Shown here: in pieces, positions 18,157 through 25,519 of the stretch
Layout: each line of letters opens with the position of its first letter
How positions within the stretch are numbered: the first letter of the stretch is position 1
DNA from: Promethearchaeia archaeon
Lineage (GTDB): Archaea > Asgardarchaeota > Lokiarchaeia > Sigyniarchaeales > SOKP01
Length of the DNA stretch: 41,144 nt
Direction of reading: 5' to 3'
Assembly: GCA_029856295.1 (NCBI GenBank)
Contig: JAHQWS010000137.1
Coordinates: forward strand, 1 to 41,144
The notes under the pieces: model-generated
What the model was told of the DNA's origin: nothing
The model's database searches: none
Seen by the model: only the letters and a program-made list of their open reading frames with translations
Made by a program: the position numbers and the translations under genes

Positions 18157-19944
18157 TCAATCCTCCAAGAACGCGCTATATTTTGAGATCATTTGCCCTT
18201 TCAGTGATTCTTCTTTCGATTCCCTAGAACCTTTAGCTTCTATATCCATTTCCTCTCTTTCATACTGAGAAGCTATGGTGATATTTCTTTCTTTTCTCAA
18301 TGGAATATCTTCTTGGTCCTCGAGAGCTTTTTCACTTTCAATTTCAATGACGCAGGAGAATTCACAAGATTTCCCAAACCATTCATAAAGGGCTTGGTCA
18401 AGTTCATGGGCGCTCATGGTGTCTTTTATGCTATATACATCAACCTCATCTATCTGAACGGGTTTAAGAAAGTAGGGTGTCTGATAGTCTGCTTTGATAG
18501 TTTTTTGGGATTTTATAAAAGTATTATAGATAAACCACATAACAAACCCATAAATAACTAGTGCGGCAACTCCTAGATTGGTAAACGTCGCTAAAAGAAA
18601 GATATTTTGTAGGAGCGTAATAAATAAAAATATAATACCAAACAATAAGAAAGGAATCGAGTATTTTTGAAAATCGTTTTTCATCTTGGCAAGTGATTTG
18701 TCATATTGTATAACCGCATTTTCTTGTGAAAAGAATTCCCTGAGAGAGACCTTTTTTTCCAAGAATTTTACCAAGGCCTTTATCGCTTCACATTCAACCA
18801 CGTGTAGATTTATCTTGCGCTGATATGAAAACATAGCAGTTTTTTCAAGAAACGCGGGCTCACTTATACTCACTAAAACTGGATGTATGACTGGTTTATA
18901 TTCCTTTTGATTAGCAGCAATAAATAAGGGTGTTCCGTCTTTGGTTTTTATAATAGATAAAGTCTTTTTTGCCAGTTTTTTGCGTAATAATTGAAATAAA
19001 GTTCCTCCCATGGTTATATTTTGAAATACCTCTTTTTGAGCAGATACTAAACTCTCTTTAGATATCTCGACTGGGATGTTGGTAGGCTTGTAGATAATAT
19101 GCTCGTCAGAGATCAGCAAAATCCCTCTTAGGTGGCTTATTTTCACTGGAAAAAAGACAAATATCCCTACAGAGTTATTTACATCCAGTATTTTATAAAC
19201 CAATACATCAATATCTTTCGAAATACCTCTGAGCAGGTTTGATTGCTTGTCAAGAATGGAATATCCTAACTTCTCAAAGCGAAGTATTATCGTTTTTTTC
19301 ACTTGGATAAGCTCTTCTTTGCTCAACATCTCCCCGTTAAGTTTATTATAGCCCTCATTTTCATAGGGAATAAAAACTTCTTGAAGGTGTTCTTTTTCTG
19401 GTTTTTGAGGTGTAAGCTCGTTTTCAATAAAGGGCTCTATTTCCTCAATAGCTGTATCTGGTTGATTGATTGACGGGAAGCTTTGTATACTATCGTGGTC
19501 ACTCGGGTTTGTGAAAAGTATTCGTTCCTTATTTTTAACGGAAACGAGTTGTTCTATCTCCGCGAATTCTTGGAATTGGGCTTCTGTCTCATCTTGAAAA
19601 GGTTCTTCTAATGGTTCCTCTTCTTCTAATATCGAATAGCTGTTTAATGTCACATTATCGTCTTTAGCATCTGATTGTTTCTCAAAAACGGGCGCGAGTT
19701 GCTTTTCATAGGTTGGCTCATTTATTACAGCATCATGAGTACCGTCCCCATTATGTTTTGTAAACTCCTGTGCGTTTTCGATAATTTTTTTTGAGGTTGC
19801 AGCTCCAAACCCTTTTACTTCTGCCAATTGTTCAGGAGAAAGGGCTGCCAATTGATCAACACTAGTAATCCCGGCACTAATTAATTTATTTTTGGTAGAC
19901 TCTCCAATCCCATCTATATTGGTAAGCTCATATTCTAATTCCAT
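18157..19944 (-). CDS. Operon protein 1: N-terminal tandem helix-hairpin-helix (HhH2) DNA-binding domain, acidic linker, possible restriction-endonuclease-like fold, 2 TM helices, C-terminal domain
   Basis: LTNIDGIGESTKNKLISAGITSVDQLAALSPEQLAEVKGFGAATSKKIIENAQEF contains two GhG hairpins as in the RadA N-terminal domain or ComEA. Residues 208-270 (ILRFEKLGYSILDK..KDIDVLVYK..GIFVFFPVKIS) resemble Mrr/Hjc-type cores. The TM pair lies at about aa 429-476. Confidence 0.75.
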   Translation of the reverse strand: MELEYELTNIDGIGESTKNKLISAGITSVDQLAALSPEQLAEVKGFGAATSKKIIENAQEFTKHNGDGTHDAVINEPTYEKQLAPVFEKQSDAKDDNVTLNSYSILEEEEPLEEPFQDETEAQFQEFAEIEQLVSVKNKERILFTNPSDHDSIQSFPSINQPDTAIEEIEPFIENELTPQKPEKEHLQEVFIPYENEGYNKLNGEMLSKEELIQVKKTIILRFEKLGYSILDKQSNLLRGISKDIDVLVYKILDVNNSVGIFVFFPVKISHLRGILLISDEHIIYKPTNIPVEISKESLVSAQKEVFQNITMGGTLFQLLRKKLAKKTLSIIKTKDGTPLFIAANQKEYKPVIHPVLVSISEPAFLEKTAMFSYQRKINLHVVECEAIKALVKFLEKKVSLREFFSQENAVIQYDKSLAKMKNDFQKYSIPFLLFGIIFLFITLLQNIFLLATFTNLGVAALVIYGFVMWFIYNTFIKSQKTIKADYQTPYFLKPVQIDEVDVYSIKDTMSAHELDQALYEWFGKSCEFSCVIEIESEKALEDQEDIPLRKERNITIASQYEREEMDIEAKGSRESKEESLKGQMISKYSAFLED

Positions 19945-20007
19945 TTTTACGACCTTTTTTTACATTATTTTCATTTTTGATTTGATTTGATCCTAAAAAC
20001 TATTCTT

Positions 20008-20024
20008 CTTATATAAAGAAAAAA
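20008..20024 (-). promoter_or_regulatory. T-run + TATA-like promoter box for the four-gene membrane operon
   Basis: The minus strand reads TTTTTTCTTTATATAAG, ~65-80 nt upstream of the ATG at 19944. No comparable box occurs inside the operon. Confidence 0.5.
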
Positions 20025-20175
20025 TGGAACGATATGATATGCTCTTAGGATATTTTAGAAATTTCCCGGTAATAAGTTGTTTATATAATCTGTTTTTTTT
20101 CTCTCTCTACAGTTTGATGCAATTTTTTTCTTTCTTTAAATCAGAGTCCGTTCACTGAATTTTGCACCCACTCCA

Positions 20176-20195
20176 TTTTTTTTATTTAAATATAC
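20176..20195 (+). promoter_or_regulatory. T-run + TATA-like promoter box for the HExxH membrane protein gene
   Basis: TTTTTTTTATTTAAATATAC, ~20-35 nt upstream of the candidate starts. A second similar box (TTTTTTTCTTTCTTTAAATC) lies at about 20123-20142. Confidence 0.45.
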
Positions 20196-20213
20196 TCAAC
20201 TGAATTGTTATTC

Positions 20214-20990
20214 ATGTACGATATGTTTATCATCTTGATGTTTTTTCCCATATTTCTAGGGGTTTCGTATATTATAACACGATGGCTCCTACGTATTGAT
20301 TATGGTCCGTTTAGTAACGTTCTATGGGCTCTGCGCTTTATCGGAGTTGCCGTCCATGAGCTCAGTCATTTTACAATGTGCATTATCGTAGGAATACGCC
20401 CAAAAGGGATTGTTATACGATTGCGATCCAGAATGACTGGAAATGTAAATCCCAGCGGAAAAGTATCAGTAGATTGGCATAATGGCACGTTTTTACAAGC
20501 GATGTTCATCTGTCTCGCCCCGCTTATTTTCGCGACATGGCTTTTCTTTTGGTCACTCTCAATTGTATTTACTGCACACCTAAACCCCTTTATTCGAATC
20601 ATCGCCGGATTTTTTTGCGTCTCCCTTTTCTTAGGTGCCACCCCTTCAAAGCCGGATTTTCGAATTATTGGTCATTGGTTTAAAAAAAATCCGAAATATT
20701 CGCTGTACCAACTGACTCTATTAGTGCTTTCAGGATTTTTCATGTGGGCCGTTTTGGTCTATTACAGCATTGTATTACCCCTTGATCTTATCTATTATAT
20801 CTTAGTTGAGATAGGGTACTATATCCTTAAATACGGTTTTCGAGCAATTGGCTGGGCAGTATTCAAAGTCGCCTCATTTCACAATCCCCAAAGGTCTACC
20901 TCACCGCGAATTAAGTATGGGCAATTTATGGCAAGACGATTTAAACCATCTAAACCCTCAAAATTTGGCAAAAGGGAGGCTCCGTGGTGA
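20214..20990 (+). CDS. Polytopic membrane protein with an HExxH motif (putative intramembrane zinc metallopeptidase, DUF3267/M50-like)
   Basis: FIGVAVHELSHFTMCIIVG sits at a membrane boundary and there are about 6 TM helices. I moved the start to the first ATG (20214) because the TATA-like box at 20176-20195 leaves little leader. The ORF track uses TTG at 20205. Confidence 0.6.
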   Translation: MYDMFIILMFFPIFLGVSYIITRWLLRIDYGPFSNVLWALRFIGVAVHELSHFTMCIIVGIRPKGIVIRLRSRMTGNVNPSGKVSVDWHNGTFLQAMFICLAPLIFATWLFFWSLSIVFTAHLNPFIRIIAGFFCVSLFLGATPSKPDFRIIGHWFKKNPKYSLYQLTLLVLSGFFMWAVLVYYSIVLPLDLIYYILVEIGYYILKYGFRAIGWAVFKVASFHNPQRSTSPRIKYGQFMARRFKPSKPSKFGKREAPW

Positions 20991-21021
20991 ATATATGGGT
21001 CAAAAAATAAACAATTTAATA

Positions 21022-21040
21022 TTTTTTATTTATAAATATA
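21022..21040 (+). promoter_or_regulatory. T-run + TATA-like promoter box for the 201-aa ORF
   Basis: TTTTTTATTTATAAATATA, ~40-60 nt upstream of the ATG at 21081. Confidence 0.45.
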
Positions 21041-21080
21041 CACGCTAAATAGTTCTCAAAAAAAAGTAGGTTCACTAAAT

Positions 21081-21686
21081 ATGTCCAATAGTACAGAAGT
21101 AATTAATGTAAAAATTACATATGATTCAAATATATCAGATGATAGAGAGACAAAAAGAATAGTATTAAATTCTTTTTTAAGGGAATATCCGCTTTTGCAA
21201 AATGATAATTCCATGATTAATTTATCTAGACAAGATTTAGGAGAATTATGCTCTACTATTAACATCCCCCCTAAACTTGTCTTACGAGAAGCTGTCCTGG
21301 ATGGAATAATTATCGGGTTTATGGCAAAGCTAACGTATTTCAAAAGGTTTTTTACTAATTGTACAATTAGAAGTAGCTCAGGTAATATGGAGAGAAAAAC
21401 CAGAGTATATTTACATAAAATCCATCGCCTTGCGCCAGTGTTTAGTTATAGGCGATCAGTAGCAAATTTAAAGCCTTTATACAGATTATTTTCTCGAGAA
21501 AATTTTTTTCCATCAGTTAGTACGCAGCTTGCTATCGTAATTTATATTACTGATAAGTTGGATAAAAGTTTTCCAAAAAAGATTATGCAAAAAAATATAC
21601 GTTATATTTGTAGCTGCTCGGCCTATGCCTTTCATAACGCGAAAAACCGTTTGGGTATTGACAGATTAATTAATAAAAAAGAGTAA
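21081..21686 (+). CDS. Hypothetical protein (201 aa)
   Basis: ORF preceded by a consensus T-run/TATA box (21022-21040) ~45 nt upstream. No motif recognised. The overlapping minus ORF at 21056-21343 has no such support. Confidence 0.5.
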   Translation: MSNSTEVINVKITYDSNISDDRETKRIVLNSFLREYPLLQNDNSMINLSRQDLGELCSTINIPPKLVLREAVLDGIIIGFMAKLTYFKRFFTNCTIRSSSGNMERKTRVYLHKIHRLAPVFSYRRSVANLKPLYRLFSRENFFPSVSTQLAIVIYITDKLDKSFPKKIMQKNIRYICSCSAYAFHNAKNRLGIDRLINKKE

Positions 21687-21695
21687 CTCTTAAAC

Positions 21696-23849
21696 CTAAT
21701 TCTTTTTCTTATTATGTTTGTAAATGTTGTCTATAAAATAATAAAGCTCCTCAACCATATCGATGGTAATGAGTTTTACTTTATCACTACTCATATCGTT
21801 CCATTCGTGTAATTTTCTTTTCAACAGCCGTTTTTCTCCTTCATAGCCCTCTTTGAAATCTATGAAAATGACTATTAAAAATAAGAACTGATATAATTCT
21901 TCCAAGGAAGTAGAAACGTCCGTCAGCAACTTTTCCGTATCGTTTTGTAAGTGCTTTGCTTTATAGATTTGAATGGCAATGTTATTGAATAAGATCATAT
22001 GAGCGGGAGCATTACCCGTGTCGAAAGGGATTCCTTTCTCAGTTAGCATATTTCGTATTCCAAGATCCATAGGGAGTGATGAGTTTAGCAAAATATCATT
22101 TGGATGGTTCTCTTTGGAGTTAAGAAACGACTGGAGGCTATATTGCGCTTTCTTTTTTTCATATCCGGTTTTTTCGGGTAACGGAATGGTATCAGATCTA
22201 GTAGATACCATGGCTTCTCCTATATGATCCCTTTTTTGTGTTTTTTCATACGAACGTAATGATCCCGGGTTTTTGAGGTTTACGTTCATTCTTTTTAATT
22301 TATTTAAGGCAATATTCAGATATATCTCGTCATTGGTGTCTTTACAGTAAAGGATGATTACCTTTCCTTCTCTGTGCCGGGCAGTCCTGCCTTTTCTTTG
22401 GATTAAGCGAATTTCAGAGGCTACAATATCATAAAAAATCACCAGATCGCATTCTGCAATATCTAATCCTTCTTCGCCAACATTCGTGCTCACTAATACG
22501 TTATAATTTCCTTGTTTAAATAAGTCTAAGATCTCAATTTGCTTTTTTTGAGAGAGCCCTTTATCGTCTTTGGATTTGGTTGCTTGTCCTACAAACCTCA
22601 CAGGCATTATGGCCTCTTTAGTGCGTAATTTTTCTACGATATTTTTCACAGAATCTCGTAATTTGACAAAGACTAATATTTTCGACTCAGGGGCCTTAGA
22701 AATCTCTTGTAAAATGAGCTGTTCTAATACATTATATTTAGGATGAATCAGGTATTGCGGAGATAAATCTTCGTTTCTCTTAAGCTCGATATAAACGTCA
22801 CGTAATCGCGCCTCAGAGGCCAGCACTTTTATAGCTTTTGAGCTGTTACGTTTACGAGCGTCCTTATAGACTTTCTCTAAGTATATGAGAAGAATATCTA
22901 AGCCTTGTTGTTCAATAAGCTCGATCATGTGATATAAAATTAATGCCTGAGCGTTAATAGAAATTGCGCTATAAACTCGACTTTTATCTCCATTTAGCCC
23001 CTCAACCATGTCAACAAGCTCTTTGTTAAGCTTGAGCAAATCCTTACGAATGATTTTGTCAAAATCAGGTTCTTTCTGTAGAAATCCTGACTGGGAGAGG
23101 TAATGCAGCCTTTTTTCAATTAAACTTTTCACCGCAAAATAGCTATCTTCCATGAGCTCAGTTAAGTTCACGCCGATCTTTCCGATGTCCATAGGCTTCA
23201 AATAGGTTTTTACATCCGTGTCTTTTCTGGTTCTAATATGGATATTATTCACGGGAATATGCAAATTGTGGCATAGTTCAATGATCTTTTTCTTGGATGC
23301 GCCCGGGGAGGCAGTGAGGGCCAAAATGTTTCCATCAGGATTCTGATCTCTATACTCATCTGCAATTAACGTATACGGATAATCACCGCTTGCGTGATGG
23401 GCTTCGTCAAATATGATGAGGCATGTATTTTTTAAGGTATACTTTCTATTTACCAGATCATTTCTTAACGTTTGGGGGGTATAAAATATGATTTGCTTTA
23501 TCTCAAAGAACTCGGCACGGTCTTTCGGAGGCACTTTACCGGTTAAAATACTGAATTTGTCTTCCGGTATTTCTAAAAATTTCAGAAAGGATTTGTAATG
23601 CTGGTCGATTAACGGTCTGGTTGGAGCTAGCATGATAACTTTACTTTGGTCAGGATGTATCTGTAATGTTTTAGCTGCCACCATTGCTCCAATGACGGTC
23701 TTTCCGAGTCCTGTCGGCAATACCACTAACGAATTTTTCTTCACGCATGCGTCTGAAATATCATGTTGAAACTTTCGGTCTTCAATTCGGTCCAATGCGA
23801 GAAGGGATTGTTTCCCATTATTATTTCTAACTTCCTTAGGTTCTGACAT
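21696..23849 (-). CDS. hef: Hef/FANCM/Mph1-family SF2 helicase with a degenerate ERCC4-like C-terminal domain
   Basis: Helicase motifs VVLPTGLGKT (I), IIFDEAHHA (II), LTASPG (III), LVSTNVGEEGLDIAECDLVIFYD (V) and IQRKGRTAR (VI), plus KQIEILDLFKQGNYNVLV, all typical of Hef. The C-terminal ~135 aa aligns to the ERCC4 nuclease fold but lacks its catalytic residues. Start taken at ATG 23849 (GAGGAAG 8 nt upstream). The ORF track uses TTG at 23864. Confidence 0.9.
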   Translation of the reverse strand: MSEPKEVRNNNGKQSLLALDRIEDRKFQHDISDACVKKNSLVVLPTGLGKTVIGAMVAAKTLQIHPDQSKVIMLAPTRPLIDQHYKSFLKFLEIPEDKFSILTGKVPPKDRAEFFEIKQIIFYTPQTLRNDLVNRKYTLKNTCLIIFDEAHHASGDYPYTLIADEYRDQNPDGNILALTASPGASKKKIIELCHNLHIPVNNIHIRTRKDTDVKTYLKPMDIGKIGVNLTELMEDSYFAVKSLIEKRLHYLSQSGFLQKEPDFDKIIRKDLLKLNKELVDMVEGLNGDKSRVYSAISINAQALILYHMIELIEQQGLDILLIYLEKVYKDARKRNSSKAIKVLASEARLRDVYIELKRNEDLSPQYLIHPKYNVLEQLILQEISKAPESKILVFVKLRDSVKNIVEKLRTKEAIMPVRFVGQATKSKDDKGLSQKKQIEILDLFKQGNYNVLVSTNVGEEGLDIAECDLVIFYDIVASEIRLIQRKGRTARHREGKVIILYCKDTNDEIYLNIALNKLKRMNVNLKNPGSLRSYEKTQKRDHIGEAMVSTRSDTIPLPEKTGYEKKKAQYSLQSFLNSKENHPNDILLNSSLPMDLGIRNMLTEKGIPFDTGNAPAHMILFNNIAIQIYKAKHLQNDTEKLLTDVSTSLEELYQFLFLIVIFIDFKEGYEGEKRLLKRKLHEWNDMSSDKVKLITIDMVEELYYFIDNIYKHNKKKN

Positions 23850-24471
23850 CTTGATCTTCCTCAAAGATAATTAGTGAATGATTCAATTCGATATCGGTCA
23901 GCTTTTTATGGGTTTTCCTATACGAGAGGATCGTCTCTCCTAGTAATAAACCCATCTCGGAGGGATAAGTAAGATTATTACCATTTTCCGTAAATAGATA
24001 GGGGTAGGTAGTCTTTAATGTTTTCATGTTTTTGAGCAATTCATTATTAATAAACTTTAAATTAAAACCCTTTCCTCTATTTACGTACTTAAAAGTGTAC
24101 GTGATATCACTGAATAGCTTCGCACTGGATTGAGTCATCTGGATCTGTTTCGGAATTAAAGGGGTTGTATCATCTTTATCGGCGATAAGATAGATGGCAC
24201 CATTGACTATTTTCCTTTTTAGGCGGTGATATTTAAAGTTATTTTTAAAGAGTTTCTGAAACTTTAAAACTAACGTAAGAATTTTATTGGCATCTTGAGT
24301 AGAGAGCTTAAGATACTCCGCCAGCTTCTCATAATTTAATTTTTTATGATAATTACCTTCAAATGCTTCTAGTGCTTTTAGTACGTTATTTAGTGCAGAA
24401 AGTGTCTCTCTTCTATCCAATCGTTTAGCTTTTCTATTAACGCTCTCGTGTACATTAGCATCCGATACCAT
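23836..24471 (-). CDS. Hypothetical protein (211 aa), co-transcribed with and overlapping the hef start
   Basis: Its stop overlaps the hef start by 14 nt (29 nt with the TTG start). A TATA-like box at 24491-24507 lies just upstream of its ATG. No motif recognised. Confidence 0.6.
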   Translation of the reverse strand: MVSDANVHESVNRKAKRLDRRETLSALNNVLKALEAFEGNYHKKLNYEKLAEYLKLSTQDANKILTLVLKFQKLFKNNFKYHRLKRKIVNGAIYLIADKDDTTPLIPKQIQMTQSSAKLFSDITYTFKYVNRGKGFNLKFINNELLKNMKTLKTTYPYLFTENGNNLTYPSEMGLLLGETILSYRKTHKKLTDIELNHSLIIFEEDQDVRT

Positions 24472-24490
24472 ATGATTGGGTTCAAATAGA

Positions 24491-24507
24491 ATTATATAAA
24501 GGAAAAA
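24491..24507 (-). promoter_or_regulatory. T-run + TATA-like promoter box for the 211-aa gene / hef operon
   Basis: The minus strand reads TTTTTCCTTTATATAAT, ~20-35 nt upstream of the ATG at 24471 (short or absent leader). It lies ~35 nt downstream of the proposed intron 3' end. Confidence 0.5.
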
Positions 24508-24542
24508 TCTTTTTTTTACAACTCATATCTTTTCCAAACCTA

Positions 24543-24618
24543 GTTAAATAAGGAGAGGATGTTACCATCCTCTTCCTCTTTTAGGAACCCCGCGTGCCAG
24601 TTTCCCTGCACGGGGCTC
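24543..24618 (-). ncRNA. Group II intron catalytic core, domains V and VI
   Basis: The 34-nt DV has a 9-bp lower helix including the AGC triad, an AC bulge on the 3' strand, a 5-position upper helix (4 pairs and one A-G mismatch) and a GAAA tetraloop. DVI is GAGGAUG-GUAA-CAUCCUC extended by further pairs with a bulged A. Confidence 0.85.
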
Positions 24619-25373
24619 GCGCCTTAAGAACCCGTTCACGTCGCCGTGTTCCTTTGGTTCATATTTCTCATAATCCCCCCGAAACCATCCAAGTCACCTC
24701 GGACGTTTCTATAGGAAATGATCACATTGGCGTAGTTCCACGCCAAGACTTACCATATCTTATCACGGGTTACTCGAAAGATCCTTTCTTGAATCCGTCT
24801 TACGTGTCGCTTGGGTGTACCCCATTGGATACTATCCCAGTCCACTACACGCCCGTTGTTCTGTTCAATGAGTTCACTCATCGTTTAACTTCTCCTCCGG
24901 TTAAGACTTTTCAATGCTTCTCTTTCGTTAAGACCTGTTTCGGAAGTCAGCATTCTTTCAAATTGGGTATCTCTGTAGTTCATACACTACTACAGCCCTA
25001 TCCACTTTATTATAAAATGGCGTTCGCTTTTTCCTACATCCTCTGCCCGCTGAACCTTCCCCCATCCTCACGTCTGGGATACCACTACCCTCGTGGGACT
25101 CATCGGGTTTACCAAGTTCCTTATGCTCAACTTTCAACAGAGCCCTTAGGGAGATGCTCTCCCCCGGTTGCACGACGGATGACAAAGGAATGAAAAAAAA
25201 CCATTCCTACCCGGCAACTTACCTTTTGGTCTCGGCGTATCAGCTATATTTCGCCGATTTTTAATAACGGGGTTTATCACACCTTCACTTTCGTTTCCCA
25301 TAGGCTCCTTGGCTAGCCCACAGTCCACCTTATAGCTAGGCGCTGACGGTACATTGTCCTTGCAGCTTCACAC
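24543..25373 (-). mobile_element. ORF-less group II intron (self-splicing ribozyme-type retroelement without an intron-encoded protein)
   Basis: The minus-strand RNA starts GUGUGAAGC at 25373. Domain V (24618-24585) is GAGCCCCGUGCAGGGAAACUGGCACGCGGGGUUC. Domain VI is a hairpin with a bulged A at 24549, the 7th nt from the proposed ..UUUAAC 3' end at 24543. AAAGUC at 24910-24905 (EBS1 candidate) is complementary to the 6 nt immediately upstream of GUGUG (GACUUU, 25379-25374). The region is visibly GC-richer than its flanks, has many GNRA-capped hairpins, and has no ORF with reverse-transcriptase motifs. Boundaries are approximate. Confidence 0.8.
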
Positions 25374-25500
25374 AAAGTCGTTACCAACAATGCATGTGCA
25401 AGTAGCCATTATCGGTCATCTCGATACCAGTTTTTAAAAATCACCTTATTACATTTTCTATTTCAAGTCCTGTATTCGAACATAAGATTTTCTTGTCACA

Positions 25501-25519
25501 CTTTTTTCTTTAAATATTC
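25501..25519 (+). promoter_or_regulatory. T-run + TATA-like promoter box upstream of the small-TM / RadB-like gene pair
   Basis: CTTTTTTCTTTAAATATTC, ~100 nt upstream of the ATG at 25616. A weaker TATA-like stretch (TTTTATATTAA) lies at ~25591. Confidence 0.4.

Noticed and set aside
12596-19944. Possibility that the four-gene operon is part of an integrated plasmid, virus or conjugative element
   Set aside because: I found no integrase, relaxase, capsid or replication-initiator gene, no flanking tRNA, no direct repeats, and no visible compositional shift relative to the neighbouring housekeeping genes. This cannot be fully excluded without comparative genomics.
21056-21343. 95-aa minus-strand ORF overlapping the start of 21081-21686
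   Set aside because: The plus-strand ORF is twice as long and sits ~45 nt downstream of a consensus T-run/TATA box. The minus ORF has neither property.
24594-25193. 199-aa plus-strand ORF (and the 75-aa and 60-aa minus-strand ORFs at 24958-25185 and 25146-25328) inside the GC-rich island
   Set aside because: The region is better explained as structured group II intron RNA on the minus strand. The 199-aa ORF is antisense to it and has an odd Pro/Ser/His/Arg-rich composition unlike all other proteins here. None of the ORFs shows reverse-transcriptase (YADD-type) or maturase motifs, so I do not call an intron-encoded protein.
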